A stretch of 64,000 nt of DNA from a virus (Duplodnaviria > Caudoviricetes), in the IMG/VR virus record IMGVR_UViG_3300013901_000015, positions 11,879 to 75,878 of that record. The stretch is one strand, 5' to 3'. Each line of letters begins with the position of its first letter. Within the stretch, counting starts at the first letter, position 1. The notes below the pieces were generated by a model. It searched no databases, was not told the DNA's origin, and saw nothing but the letters and a program-made list of their open reading frames with translations. A program made the translations under genes and the position numbers. Shown here in pieces: positions 9,570 to 18,401 of the stretch.

Positions 9570-9699
9570 ATAGTATAATTGTTTACAGATTTATTTAAAT
9601 CCTGCCTATCCTCACGGACTGGCAGGGAGTTGCTTTTTCAAATTCAAAATTATGAATTGCTGTGCCGCTGCACATAGCTTCTATGCGTGAATAAAATAG

Positions 9700-9810
9700 T
9701 CCTCGCAGTTGGACTTGAACCAACGACCAAGTTGCACGGTTTGATAAGAATGCGTTAAGGATTTACACTTCTGTTACGTGCTTGCTCTAACCAACTGAGC
9801 TATGCGAGGA
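9700..9810 (-). tRNA. tRNA-like element with a 38-nt anticodon loop
   Basis: Minus strand: acceptor TCCTCGCA/TGCGAGGA, D arm TAGCTCAGTTGGTTAGAGC, T arm GTTGG-TTCAAGT-CCAAC, anticodon stem GCACG/CGTGC enclosing 38 nt instead of 7. Confidence 0.7.
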
Positions 9811-9987
9811 ATGTTGAGGGCATCGTGCGCAACCACGAATTTAAGAGCCATGCTCACCCACATTTCAGAAAATGCAAAAGTAGTATATCAGTTTAAACTA
9901 TCAATTATGGCTGAACAATCAACATTCACTCTACTTGCACTCTGCATTTCTGAATATATTGTAAGGACTTAATAACTTCTCTTTTTT

Positions 9988-10004
9988 CCAATGTGTCAAA
10001 GAAC
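9988..10004 (-). promoter_or_regulatory. boxA-like antitermination site
   Basis: Minus strand GTTCTTTGACACATTGG resembles the boxA of Bacteroidetes rRNA operons (recalled). Confidence 0.45.
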
Positions 10005-10191
10005 ACTGCTATTGCTAGCTTAGATTGTTACTGATGCATTATATATAATAAGGTGTAAGGTAAAAGGTGTTGGTAGAATGCTCGCCCACAACATTTCCTT
10101 ATGATTTAGGGTTTCCCCATGGACTTTATCGCAGCTTTTGTCACCCCAACCGAACGAGATATTATAATAACAATTCACCAATAACGAATAG

Positions 10192-10263
10192 TGGGAAGTA
10201 GAGGAGTTGAACCTCTGTAACTTAGCGAATCGCACAGTATCCTAACCGTTGGATGAACTTCCA
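10192..10263 (-). tRNA. degenerate tRNA (pseudo-tRNA) with mispaired anticodon arm
   Basis: Minus strand GGAAGT/ACTTCC acceptor, ATCC-AACGGTTA-GGAT D arm and AGAGG-TTCAACT-CCTCT T arm; anticodon stem CTGTG/CTAAG has two mismatches. Confidence 0.55.
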
Positions 10264-10480
10264 AAAACCTCTCCTATCTGTCACAGACAAGAGAGATATT
10301 GACAAAGTAAGCACCGCTGTGCTATTCAAAATGCTATAAAAATACTCATATATTCTCAACATATGTATAGTCATCATTTTTAAACCTCTCCCATTCTCCC
10401 GAGCAGGAGAGGTATAACGCTAAAACAATCTATCATACACTACTATCATATAATAGTAGGATTATCTAAAAGCCAAACGG

Positions 10481-10711
10481 CTACTCCTCTATGAGTTCAG
10501 GATATTTGTCAACCTTGATTCCGCCATATTTACTAGTGGCTACTTTACGGATTGACTTTGACAAATCGCTGTTCGATCTGTACGCAATTGCGTTGTAAAC
10601 TGCTGCTGTAGCACAACCCAGTTCTTTTGCGATTGGAGAAATTTTTGACCTTCTAATCAAAATTTTCGGTTTATATAACACTTTATCCATATTTTTTATG
10701 TATATTTGCAC
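10481..10711 (-). CDS. Cro-like HTH regulator
   Basis: SPIAKELGCATAAVYNAIAYRS HTH; divergent from the repressor. Confidence 0.7.
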   Translation of the reverse strand: MQIYIKNMDKVLYKPKILIRRSKISPIAKELGCATAAVYNAIAYRSNSDLSKSIRKVATSKYGGIKVDKYPELIEE

Positions 10712-10754
10712 ACGTAAAACATTATATAATCAGTTTCATACTGAATTACGGATG

Positions 10755-10786
10755 CAAAGATACATAATTGTAGGCATATAACCAAG
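10755..10786 (-). promoter_or_regulatory. leftward lytic promoter (Bacteroidetes type)
   Basis: Minus strand CTTG-N20-TATCTTTG fits TTTG-N19-21-TAnnTTTG; TAGGCAT repeated at 10771 and 10791 is a possible operator. Confidence 0.65.
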
Positions 10787-10845
10787 AATATAGGCATTTA
10801 TTTAGGGTTAATTCACTTATATACACATTTATAAACACTAAAGAC

Positions 10846-11226
10846 ATGGAAGGACTAAGAGATAGAATCAATGAGATAAAAGACTATTATAGACTGTCTA
10901 ACAGAGGGTTTGCTAATGTTTTAGGCACAAAACCTGCTGCAACAAATAACTATTTGAACGGAACAAAGGAGCCGTCAATGGAGTTTATAGATGCTATTTT
11001 GTCTAAGTACGTGGACATATCGGCAGACTGGCTTCTTCGTGGCAAGGGAACGATGTTCTATAGCGACGAGCCATCCAACGAGGAAATCACTAGAGAACTG
11101 GCTGATGCGAAGGTAAAGATGCTTGTGCAGGAAGGTATCATAGATAGGCTTAGCAAGATTATCGAAAACAAGATTGAAGGCAAGCAAGAGTTTGTTAAGG
11201 AAAAGTGGGAGGGCAAGCTAGGCTGA
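10846..11226 (+). CDS. CI-like XRE repressor without S24 peptidase domain
   Basis: LSNRGFANVLGTKPAATNNYLNG...ISADWLLRGKG HTH followed only by a short helical tail. Confidence 0.75.
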   Translation: MEGLRDRINEIKDYYRLSNRGFANVLGTKPAATNNYLNGTKEPSMEFIDAILSKYVDISADWLLRGKGTMFYSDEPSNEEITRELADAKVKMLVQEGIIDRLSKIIENKIEGKQEFVKEKWEGKLG

Positions 11227-11243
11227 TTCACCTTATACCAAAC

Positions 11244-11274
11244 AAAAGAGGAGAGCACTAGACTCTCCTCTTTT
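11244..11274. terminator. bidirectional terminator
   Basis: AAAAGAGGAGAG-loop-CTCTCCTCTTTT between the convergent cI and int genes. Confidence 0.8.
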
Positions 11275-11275
11275 G

Positions 11276-12412
11276 TTATATCTTACCCTCTAAATTATCA
11301 AAAGCCGACTGCACATCTTTATTGAGAGTTCGGGCATACCTTGTGGTTTGTCTCAAAGTTGTATGACCAAGCACCCTTGCCACGATGTTGATGGGCATCC
11401 CCTTAGATAGAAACAATGTAGCAGCAGTGGCACGCCCCATGTGCGTATGAAGTCTATCGACTCCGACCATCTGCCCGATTACCTTTAGGTAGTCGTTATA
11501 CTTCTGATTTGAAATCTTCGGCATCTTAAAGTCGTATTTCTTTAGTAGTTCTACGGCAGGAGTGAGAAGCTGAAACACGAAATCAGTGTCTGTCTTCGTT
11601 CTTTTTGAATGATAGAACATCTTTCCGCCCATTTCCTCGCAGTTGGTGTAATCGAAAGATTGCAGGTCGGAGTAAGCCATACCAGTATAGCACTGGAACA
11701 AAAACAAATCCCTAGCTTGCTGCAAGTGTGGCGTAGCCAAGTCTAAAGCCTTGATCGCATCGAACTGTTCTTCGGTGACACAATCCACATACTGCTTTTC
11801 TCCCTTGCCAATATGGAAAGGAAGAAACTTGTAGGGATTCTGCTCAATCAATCCATCTATCACCGCATCATTGATAAATAGCTTGAGATACTTATGATAG
11901 TCATAGATGGTTGACTGAGCCTTTCCTTGCTTATGGAGGTATTCATCCATCGCGCGAATCTTAGCCACATTGCAATCAGAGAAGGCAATAATCTTTCCCC
12001 ATTCCTCCAAGAACTTGATGAAGACATCATAGCGTTTCTTGGTGTGCTCGCATACCTTGCGCTCCTTACGTCTCTTCTTGCAGTATTCCAGAAAGGTTCC
12101 GCTCATATCATCCTCTCCATTGAAAAGAGTAGGAATTACAGACAAGTCAGTGCATCCCATCTTGGTCATTTTGAGAACCACTGCCTCGCCTCTCTCTCTG
12201 AACGCATCCAACTGCTCGTTGAGTGCATCGGCATTCTTGCATTTGATAATCTTCTGTTGTTTGTCAGACCATTGTGTCGGGACAACCTTGATGCCGGTCG
12301 AGATGTACTTTCTTTCCGACTTGTAAGAGAACCTTAATTCGATAGAAACTGGCTTTTGTGCCGTTCCTCGCTTCAACCGATTGTGAATAATACTTAAATT
12401 TACTCTAGCCAT
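11276..12412 (-). CDS. int: tyrosine integrase (Bacteroidetes type)
   Basis: N-terminal arm-binding region (KYISTGIKV), SAM-like domain, FQCYTGMAYSD, HMGR, LGHT and catalytic RYA. Confidence 0.92.
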   Translation of the reverse strand: MARVNLSIIHNRLKRGTAQKPVSIELRFSYKSERKYISTGIKVVPTQWSDKQQKIIKCKNADALNEQLDAFRERGEAVVLKMTKMGCTDLSVIPTLFNGEDDMSGTFLEYCKKRRKERKVCEHTKKRYDVFIKFLEEWGKIIAFSDCNVAKIRAMDEYLHKQGKAQSTIYDYHKYLKLFINDAVIDGLIEQNPYKFLPFHIGKGEKQYVDCVTEEQFDAIKALDLATPHLQQARDLFLFQCYTGMAYSDLQSFDYTNCEEMGGKMFYHSKRTKTDTDFVFQLLTPAVELLKKYDFKMPKISNQKYNDYLKVIGQMVGVDRLHTHMGRATAATLFLSKGMPINIVARVLGHTTLRQTTRYARTLNKDVQSAFDNLEGKI

Positions 12413-12684
12413 TTTGATAACATAATTTTACGAGGTTGATAACATTTTGATAACACACCTCAAATTTAACATTTAGTCTCAAAATAGCCGAATGGATTCA
12501 TTTTCAAGGGTTTAGCTAATGTTGTGAAGAATACGGCACGTAAACACGTTTACAACAGGTATTTCTACGTTAACATTTGCCCTTAAAATGAAAAAAGCGG
12601 ATATAAGTACTTGATAATAAGTAGCTTAAATCCGCTTTTCTTTTAGATAATTTATTGTTCTAGCGTTATTGTTTTGCCTATTTC

Positions 12685-12700
12685 GTGATTCCGTTGGGGT
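12685..12700 (-). other. probable attP core matching a tRNA 3' end
   Basis: GTGATTCCGTTGGGGT reverse-complements to ACCCCAACGGAATCAC, a T-stem plus acceptor-stem-like tRNA tail; flanked by TTGATAACA arm-like repeats (12414, 12436, 12447) and variants at 12762 and 12773. Confidence 0.6.
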
Positions 12701-12845
12701 CACACGTAAAATTATCTAACAATCTAACATTCAGCCACTTGTTTTACTACTGCAAAGATAATGATAACTTTTTTATAACACAAATTTTTTGGTAATTTTC
12801 TTTGATATTTAGACAAAATCTAGATTGTTAACGAGTGTATAAAGA

Positions 12846-12877
12846 TTTGGATATTTGTCTAAGTTTGTGTACTTTTG
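12846..12877 (+). promoter_or_regulatory. Bacteroidetes consensus promoter
   Basis: TTTG-N20-TACTTTTG upstream of 13012. Confidence 0.75.
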
Positions 12878-13011
12878 CACTCGTCAATGACAAACTCCAC
12901 TTTGAGTTGATTGAGCATTAGATATTTATACCTGCATTCAATAGGTATCAAAATATAGGGGATTGATTAAATCGGTGGAGCGGTTTTTTCTTTCCCCGTT
13001 TTCTTTTCAAG

Positions 13012-13725
13012 ATGAACAAGAATCTAAGATTAAGACTGGCTTTAGAAATGTTCGGCAACAAGGAGTTGCTGAAAGCTTTAGCTATGTTCTTGCTTATTCG
13101 CAAGAGAATAGGTTCTAACGTTCTCAAAGATTATAGCATAAACAAGTTGGTTAATTTACTAGGCGCACACGCACGCACGATTAAGAAACGCATGCATGTG
13201 TTGTCTCAGTATGGGCTTGTCACGATAGTGGGAAAGACCCTTGTGTTGCGTTCCGTTGTGTCAAAACACGCAAAGCGCAATGTTAAGTTAGGAAAGATGG
13301 AGTATTCTACTCTAAAGAGTGTTGAGTATTCTCTGCAATCTATCTTGGTTGCAGTCATTCAAAGCAGAAAAGATTTCGCACAAAGGACTATTCGATATGC
13401 TCACGGAGCCAGCCACGACTACAAGGTTGTTAAGGCTGCACGTAATGCTGCACGGAAGTTCGGGTACGGATTTGAGTATGTTGAGAAGGGGCTGTCATAC
13501 AAGACCATTGCAAAGAAACTTGGAGTGAGTATCAAAACTGCGGTCGAAATCGTCAAATTTGCAGTAAAACACACAATTTTGAAGAAAACAAAGCATTTTA
13601 TCTCTACTTATCTTCCTAAAGTAAACTTTATGGAAGGACTAGGCTATACATTTACTACTCGTAACTATGGGTATAATATTATGGCTAACACCTACTCAAT
13701 CTCTCCATCCCTAGCCTTGGTATAA
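13012..13725 (+). CDS. basic DNA-binding protein with two HTH-like segments
   Basis: LVNLLGAHARTIKKRMHVLSQYGLV and LSYKTIAKKLGVSIKTAVEIVKF. Confidence 0.65.
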   Translation: MNKNLRLRLALEMFGNKELLKALAMFLLIRKRIGSNVLKDYSINKLVNLLGAHARTIKKRMHVLSQYGLVTIVGKTLVLRSVVSKHAKRNVKLGKMEYSTLKSVEYSLQSILVAVIQSRKDFAQRTIRYAHGASHDYKVVKAARNAARKFGYGFEYVEKGLSYKTIAKKLGVSIKTAVEIVKFAVKHTILKKTKHFISTYLPKVNFMEGLGYTFTTRNYGYNIMANTYSISPSLALV

Positions 13726-13739
13726 TTAGATTGTAAAAA

Positions 13740-14069
13740 GTGCAGACTATAAATTTTACGTATATGAAGAATGAAACGAAGCTTAAGAAAGTAGTGAAGT
13801 TCCTTGATGAAAACGGCATCAAGCATGTGAAATCGAAAAATAAAGGGAAGGCAGGTCATAGTGACTTAGTTTTGCCTAGCTTTAGAATATACATCAAGCT
13901 CCAAGGCGAGGATGATGCGTTATTCTACAAAAAGCACCATATAAGTGTGCATCCTGTATTTATCCGTGATTCAGAAACCCCGAAGTTCGTTATCGAAAAG
14001 ATTCAGAATACAATCATCAGAGTTATGCAGGACAAACAAAAGTATTTCGAAAAATCAAAAAGACATTGA
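13740..14069 (+). CDS. hypothetical protein, possibly degenerate restriction-endonuclease-like fold
   Basis: FLDENGI...SDLVLPSFRIYIKL pattern; likely start MKNETK. Confidence 0.45.
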   Translation: MQTINFTYMKNETKLKKVVKFLDENGIKHVKSKNKGKAGHSDLVLPSFRIYIKLQGEDDALFYKKHHISVHPVFIRDSETPKFVIEKIQNTIIRVMQDKQKYFEKSKRH

Positions 14070-14072
14070 GTT

Positions 14073-14762
14073 ATGGTACAAAGAACAAAGGAAGAAGAAC
14101 TTAACATCGTCTTGAAGAACTACGGCAAGCTCAAGTCGGAACGTGATTTCCTCAAAAAAGAGAACGAGGACTTGAAGAGCAAGTTGGCTCAGCAAGAAAT
14201 CTTGTATAAGAATATGCTTGCAACCTATTCCGAGAAATGTACTGACGATAAGTTTCGTAAAAGATATATAGCTTTGAACGATAAGTATAGAAAGCTACAA
14301 GAAAATTGCAAGAAAACACAGGAGTACATTGAAGAAAAGGCTGCAAAGTTGAAGTATCTTGCTGACGAAAACATCAAGCTAAAGAATATGCTCGATTCCC
14401 TGCGTGGCGCACTCTGTAGCGCATACACTAGAGTTGATGATTTTTGCGATAGTCTGAATATCTCGAAACGTGGCGAGGATTGTCTTAGCCAAGGTGGCGA
14501 GGAAAAGATTGTTATTACTCACCCCAAACAAGTCCCAGTGAGCGTTGCAGAGTATCAGCAGCAGCAATTCATCAAGTATATCCGTGATGTCGTTGACATT
14601 TACAAGAAGACCGGCACCCTCAATGGGATAGCAAAGCTTGCGCAGAAATATGCGGTGTCTGCTATCACAAAGGTCAAGTTTTTCCAGTACAGACTAGACG
14701 AAGAACCTCTATCCGATAAGGAGATTCTAGAGGTTTACGAGAGACTAAAGAAGAAACAATAA
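14073..14762 (+). CDS. coiled-coil hypothetical protein
   Basis: 229-aa ORF with a long heptad-rich N-terminal half. Confidence 0.6.
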   Translation: MVQRTKEEELNIVLKNYGKLKSERDFLKKENEDLKSKLAQQEILYKNMLATYSEKCTDDKFRKRYIALNDKYRKLQENCKKTQEYIEEKAAKLKYLADENIKLKNMLDSLRGALCSAYTRVDDFCDSLNISKRGEDCLSQGGEEKIVITHPKQVPVSVAEYQQQQFIKYIRDVVDIYKKTGTLNGIAKLAQKYAVSAITKVKFFQYRLDEEPLSDKEILEVYERLKKKQ

Positions 14763-14782
14763 ATACTTTAATACTTTGAGTT

Positions 14783-15055
14783 ATGAAAAAGATTTTGTTG
14801 GCAGCAGTAGTTGTTGCAAGTTTGTTCGCTTCTTGCTCAGACGAGAAGACTTTCACCAAGAAAGATGGTTCTTCGTTTACTGCTCAGTCCTATGGATGGG
14901 CAAGTAAGGAAAACAAGGTTGAGGGTGTTGAGTACAAGCTGAATGTTCCAGATGTGGTGCTCTCTGTTGTGCTAAGCGAAACGATCATCGCACCAGTGCT
15001 TATCACTGCATACGATGTATGGGAGCCAGTATCTTATACAGAGTCAACCAAGTAA
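14783..15055 (+). CDS. lipoprotein, possibly superinfection exclusion
   Basis: Signal peptide with lipobox FASC; hydrophobic hairpin VVLSVVLSETIIAPVLI; followed by a C-UUCG-G hairpin at 15063-15082. Confidence 0.7.
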   Translation: MKKILLAAVVVASLFASCSDEKTFTKKDGSSFTAQSYGWASKENKVEGVEYKLNVPDVVLSVVLSETIIAPVLITAYDVWEPVSYTESTK

Positions 15056-15094
15056 ACTAACTGCCCTCTCTTCGGAGGGGGCTGCTTAAAAGTT

Positions 15095-15331
15095 ATGCTT
15101 ATGAGCAGCAGAAAAAACGAAAAGCATTACAAGAAAGAATCGTGGTCGGATAATTGCTATGTGTACATTATGATGCGCCGCTGCAATTTAAGTTGCTTTG
15201 ACACTGGTAAGCCTTGCATAAAATACCAAAACGCATATTGGAAAATAAAGCGTTGCCGATACTATTTCAAGGTAAAGCCAAGATTCCCGACCACGCTAGA
15301 AGCTTGGAAGAATAGAGTAAAACCATTTTAA
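15095..15331 (+). CDS. basic Cys-containing hypothetical protein
   Basis: 78-aa ORF in operon context. Confidence 0.4.
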   Translation: MLMSSRKNEKHYKKESWSDNCYVYIMMRRCNLSCFDTGKPCIKYQNAYWKIKRCRYYFKVKPRFPTTLEAWKNRVKPF

Positions 15332-15344
15332 TGTATAAACGATT

Positions 15345-15713
15345 ATGAAAACAAACGAGTTGAAGGATATTCTGCTGAAAGCAAAGGATGCTATTCAGAG
15401 AGGGGTTAACCATCGTGCTTTTGATATGAATAGTGTACTTGGTGGTATTGATAAAGCTGTGAAGTATCTTGATGGTGCCGACTTGATAGACCTCAACAAG
15501 GTTTGGCATCAGGCGAAAGATAAGATGCCGGACATCTATGGTGGGAGATTCAATGACTACCTGTGTGTGCATAAGTTCAGACCTTCGGGGCATACTCATC
15601 TAACACATGAAGAGAACTGTCCCGAGTTGGAGGAGTATCTAAAGAGGAACCCAAATGATTGGTGGTGCAATGTATGGAATTTACTGAAAAGTGAACACAA
15701 TGAATTGAAGTAG
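15345..15713 (+). CDS. hypothetical phage protein
   Basis: 122 aa; KVWHQAKDKMP...DWWCNVWNLL pattern typical of small phage early proteins. Confidence 0.55.
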   Translation: MKTNELKDILLKAKDAIQRGVNHRAFDMNSVLGGIDKAVKYLDGADLIDLNKVWHQAKDKMPDIYGGRFNDYLCVHKFRPSGHTHLTHEENCPELEEYLKRNPNDWWCNVWNLLKSEHNELK

Positions 15714-15723
15714 GAGGTGAATA

Positions 15724-16068
15724 ATGAATCTATACAAAATGTATAAGCAGCGCATTCCTAGGAAATTGAAAAAGGCAGCAAAGTATGGTATAATACATAG
15801 CATAAATCAACGTACTATAAATGCAGATGGTATATACAAAATGACAGAAGTGCATTCTTGGTCTATCCAAGGGAGAAGCACAAAATGGAAGGTCAAAGCC
15901 ACATATAAGTGTGCCGCTGAACATAAGAGAATGCTCAACGAGAGAATGTCGTCGTGGCTGACTCGCAGAAAGGATGAGGAAGAAATGCTTGCTGAACTCA
16001 AAGAGAAGGAGCAGTATTTTCGAGGGAAAATCCCAGACATACCTTATACCGTCAAAGTTTCATTTTGA
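15724..16068 (+). CDS. hypothetical basic protein
   Basis: RIPRKLKKAAK motif; ends just before a terminator. Confidence 0.5.
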   Translation: MNLYKMYKQRIPRKLKKAAKYGIIHSINQRTINADGIYKMTEVHSWSIQGRSTKWKVKATYKCAAEHKRMLNERMSSWLTRRKDEEEMLAELKEKEQYFRGKIPDIPYTVKVSF

Positions 16069-16070
16069 AT

Positions 16071-16100
16071 AAAAAAGGAGAGCCTAGTGCCCTCCTTTTT
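16071..16100. terminator. bidirectional terminator
   Basis: AAAAAAGGAG-loop-CTCCTTTTT between convergent gene arrays. Confidence 0.75.
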
Positions 16101-16101
16101 C

Positions 16102-16503
16102 TTATTCCTTGTTTTTGTCTCGATCTCGTTTCTCCCTTATGGCTTGTCTTATCCACTCGGGTCTCTTGTTGCCCATAGCGTCTAGGAAATCATACATTTC
16201 CTCGTTAACGTGGATTACCACTCTGTTCACTAGGGCTTCCTTGCCCTTGCCTTTCCATCCGGCTCCCTCTCTGTAACCTCCCCACCCTGGGTGCAGGTTC
16301 TTCGCTTGCACCACCTTGCCTTTTCTCGTAAGGTTAAGGCGGAAGATAAGCTTCTTACCATTGTACACCTCGGCATACTGGGCATCGGGTGTTGTCTGTA
16401 GCACATTTTCGGCTACTGCCTTTATCTGCTCTTTCTTGTCGCTCAACATTTCCGTCTCGTCCAAGATGCACAAATCATCATATACTACGATTCTCGCTCT
16501 CAT
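16102..16503 (-). CDS. ribbon-helix-helix-like DNA-binding protein
   Basis: GWGGYREGAG followed by RVVIHVNEEMYDFL...EWIRQAIREK. Confidence 0.6.
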   Translation of the reverse strand: MRARIVVYDDLCILDETEMLSDKKEQIKAVAENVLQTTPDAQYAEVYNGKKLIFRLNLTRKGKVVQAKNLHPGWGGYREGAGWKGKGKEALVNRVVIHVNEEMYDFLDAMGNKRPEWIRQAIREKRDRDKNKE

Positions 16504-16614
16504 AGCTTTCAGAAAATTGTGGGGAGTCAGTTACACTCCCCATTACCTTTTAACTCAATATTCCAACAATAATGCTGATGAAGAAGATTATCAGCACAAA
16601 CCACTCCTGCTTGC

Positions 16615-16884
16615 TCATTTATCGCCTCCTTCCTCCTCAGTCAGTGAAACAATATCGTTAACGCTCTCGTCCTCAGTGAAGAAAGAAACCGACATATCCT
16701 CGTTGAGATAAGCCATCGCCACGACTTCCTTGTGGGTGTTCTTGATGATGCAAACATCACCCCTTATCTCGCTCTGTCCCTTTAGGTAGCGGATTGCGGT
16801 CTCCTTTATTGCCAAAGGATTCAACTTCTTTGTCGTTGTGTCTCCGCTCATCGGGAACACAAATGTAAACTCCTGCTTCTTCAT
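16615..16884 (-). CDS. hypothetical protein
   Basis: 89-aa ORF in the small-gene array. Confidence 0.55.
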   Translation of the reverse strand: MKKQEFTFVFPMSGDTTTKKLNPLAIKETAIRYLKGQSEIRGDVCIIKNTHKEVVAMAYLNEDMSVSFFTEDESVNDIVSLTEEEGGDK

Positions 16885-17258
16885 ACTGCACCCTCCATTG
16901 GTTTATATCTGAATATAAAATCTACTGATTGGTTGTCATAATTAACCTCGGCATAAGCATAGCGATTGAAGTCTTTCTTGTCGCACTTCTCAAAATCCAA
17001 ACTATCATCTTGGAATAGCTTCCTGAAAAGAATGTTCACCCACTCCTTTCTTCGGATGTGCTTGCCTTTCTCACGTACAAATACGGCTGCAATACATGAT
17101 GCGAAGAACTTGATTTCGCAAAGATTATCGCCTACGTATCCACAATATCGCCCATCCTCGTCACATTCACACTTGGAAAAATGCTCTCCTAACAAGCGAG
17201 AAACGATAAGAAACTTATCGTCCTCGCTAAAATCGTAATTAACTATTCTTCTACTCAT
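16881..17258 (-). CDS. hypothetical protein
   Basis: 125-aa ORF with a 4-nt overlap to the next gene. Confidence 0.55.
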   Translation of the reverse strand: MSRRIVNYDFSEDDKFLIVSRLLGEHFSKCECDEDGRYCGYVGDNLCEIKFFASCIAAVFVREKGKHIRRKEWVNILFRKLFQDDSLDFEKCDKKDFNRYAYAEVNYDNQSVDFIFRYKPMEGAV

Positions 17259-17589
17259 TATCCACCTCCTTTTCTGTAATCAACAACTCCTCGAACACAG
17301 GGAAGTCGGTTACTTGGATTCCCCAGTTCTCGATATTGTTCTCTCCGTACTCCTCAACGTCCTCGCCCTCGTACTCGTCGGCATAGAAAGCTTTGATGCT
17401 CTCTTTCTCCTCTGCCATCTTCTCCTTGGCTGCGGTCTTGGTGGAATACACTCCCACAACCTCGAACGTGTCTTGGTCTTGGTTGTCTCGACCTTGCTTT
17501 GTCAACACAAATACTTTCATTGTTCTCATTGTTGCTTGTCTCCTATGTTTGATTAATAAAATATCAACTGGCTCTGCAAGTCTTCGCAA
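17251..17589 (-). CDS. highly acidic hypothetical protein
   Basis: Likely start MKVFVLTK; EVVGVYSTKTAAKEKM motif and D/E-rich C-terminal half. Confidence 0.55.
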   Translation of the reverse strand: MRRLAEPVDILLIKHRRQATMRTMKVFVLTKQGRDNQDQDTFEVVGVYSTKTAAKEKMAEEKESIKAFYADEYEGEDVEEYGENNIENWGIQVTDFPVFEELLITEKEVDNE

Positions 17590-17683
17590 TACTGCTCTGC
17601 GTATGCTCTTGCGTCACTCTCACTTGCGCCGCTATTCATTGCAGCGTAATAGGCATCGCTGTAGATGTCGTGCATTACTTCAC

Positions 17684-17857
17684 TCATACGTCCTCCTCTG
17701 CTACATAACCTACTCCGCAAATCTCTTTCTCCTCGTCTTCGTACACACCTTTGGTAACGTTGTCGCTCACCAAATCAACTGCGGTGTCCTCGTCCTCTGC
17801 TTCAACGAAAACAGAATACTTAATCTGTTCGGTTACTTCAACTCTAAATCTTTTCAT
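17684..17857 (-). CDS. small acidic protein (DpnD/PcfM-like)
   Basis: Not in the ORF track (57 aa): MKRFRVEVTEQIKYSVFVEAEDEDTAVDLV...; family resemblance recalled, not searched. Confidence 0.55.
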   Translation of the reverse strand: MKRFRVEVTEQIKYSVFVEAEDEDTAVDLVSDNVTKGVYEDEEKEICGVGYVAEEDV

Positions 17858-18152
17858 TGTGCAAATCCTTTCTTTTAAATGTTCAATTTATTCTTATCTT
17901 GGTGGGCTGCCAGTCTCTGCCACTGGCTCGGTGGCTGTCTTGCGATTCCACTAGCCCTATATTAAGCAACAACAATTATTTCTATCTGATTGGTTGCAAA
18001 ACCTTGCTCTTCGGGACGTTCTTGCCATTCAGTAAGTAATTCACTCTGTGCGGCTCTCTCTGCTTCACAAACGTCTCCTTGACCAAATATCTGCGGTTCA
18101 AGTGGTCTGCGATGGTTGCTCCCTTGAAACATTTCTCCAGTATTATCATAAC

Positions 18153-18398
18153 TTAGCCCTCCATCTGATAAAATGGAATTTCACCGTCTGAATTCTTCTT
18201 ATTGGTGACCTCCATGGATTCTATTTTCTGTAAGTCCATAATATCTACATATCCGTAGTCATGCTTGATGTATATGGCAAAACTATCTAACTCGTACTCT
18301 TCTTTGCTATACAAAGTTCTTGAAGACGTGGCGGTATAAAACTTAATTTTATCCCAGTCCTTTCTCTTCAACACGTTCTCTATTACTTGCTGATTCAT
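18153..18398 (-). CDS. hypothetical protein
   Basis: 81 aa; flanked by a 19-bp direct repeat. Confidence 0.55.
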   Translation of the reverse strand: MNQQVIENVLKRKDWDKIKFYTATSSRTLYSKEEYELDSFAIYIKHDYGYVDIMDLQKIESMEVTNKKNSDGEIPFYQMEG

Positions 18399-18401
18399 AA
18401 C

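Noticed and set aside
10020-10235. 71-aa minus-strand ORF in the early leader
   Set aside because: It overlaps the tRNA-like element and has no protein-like features
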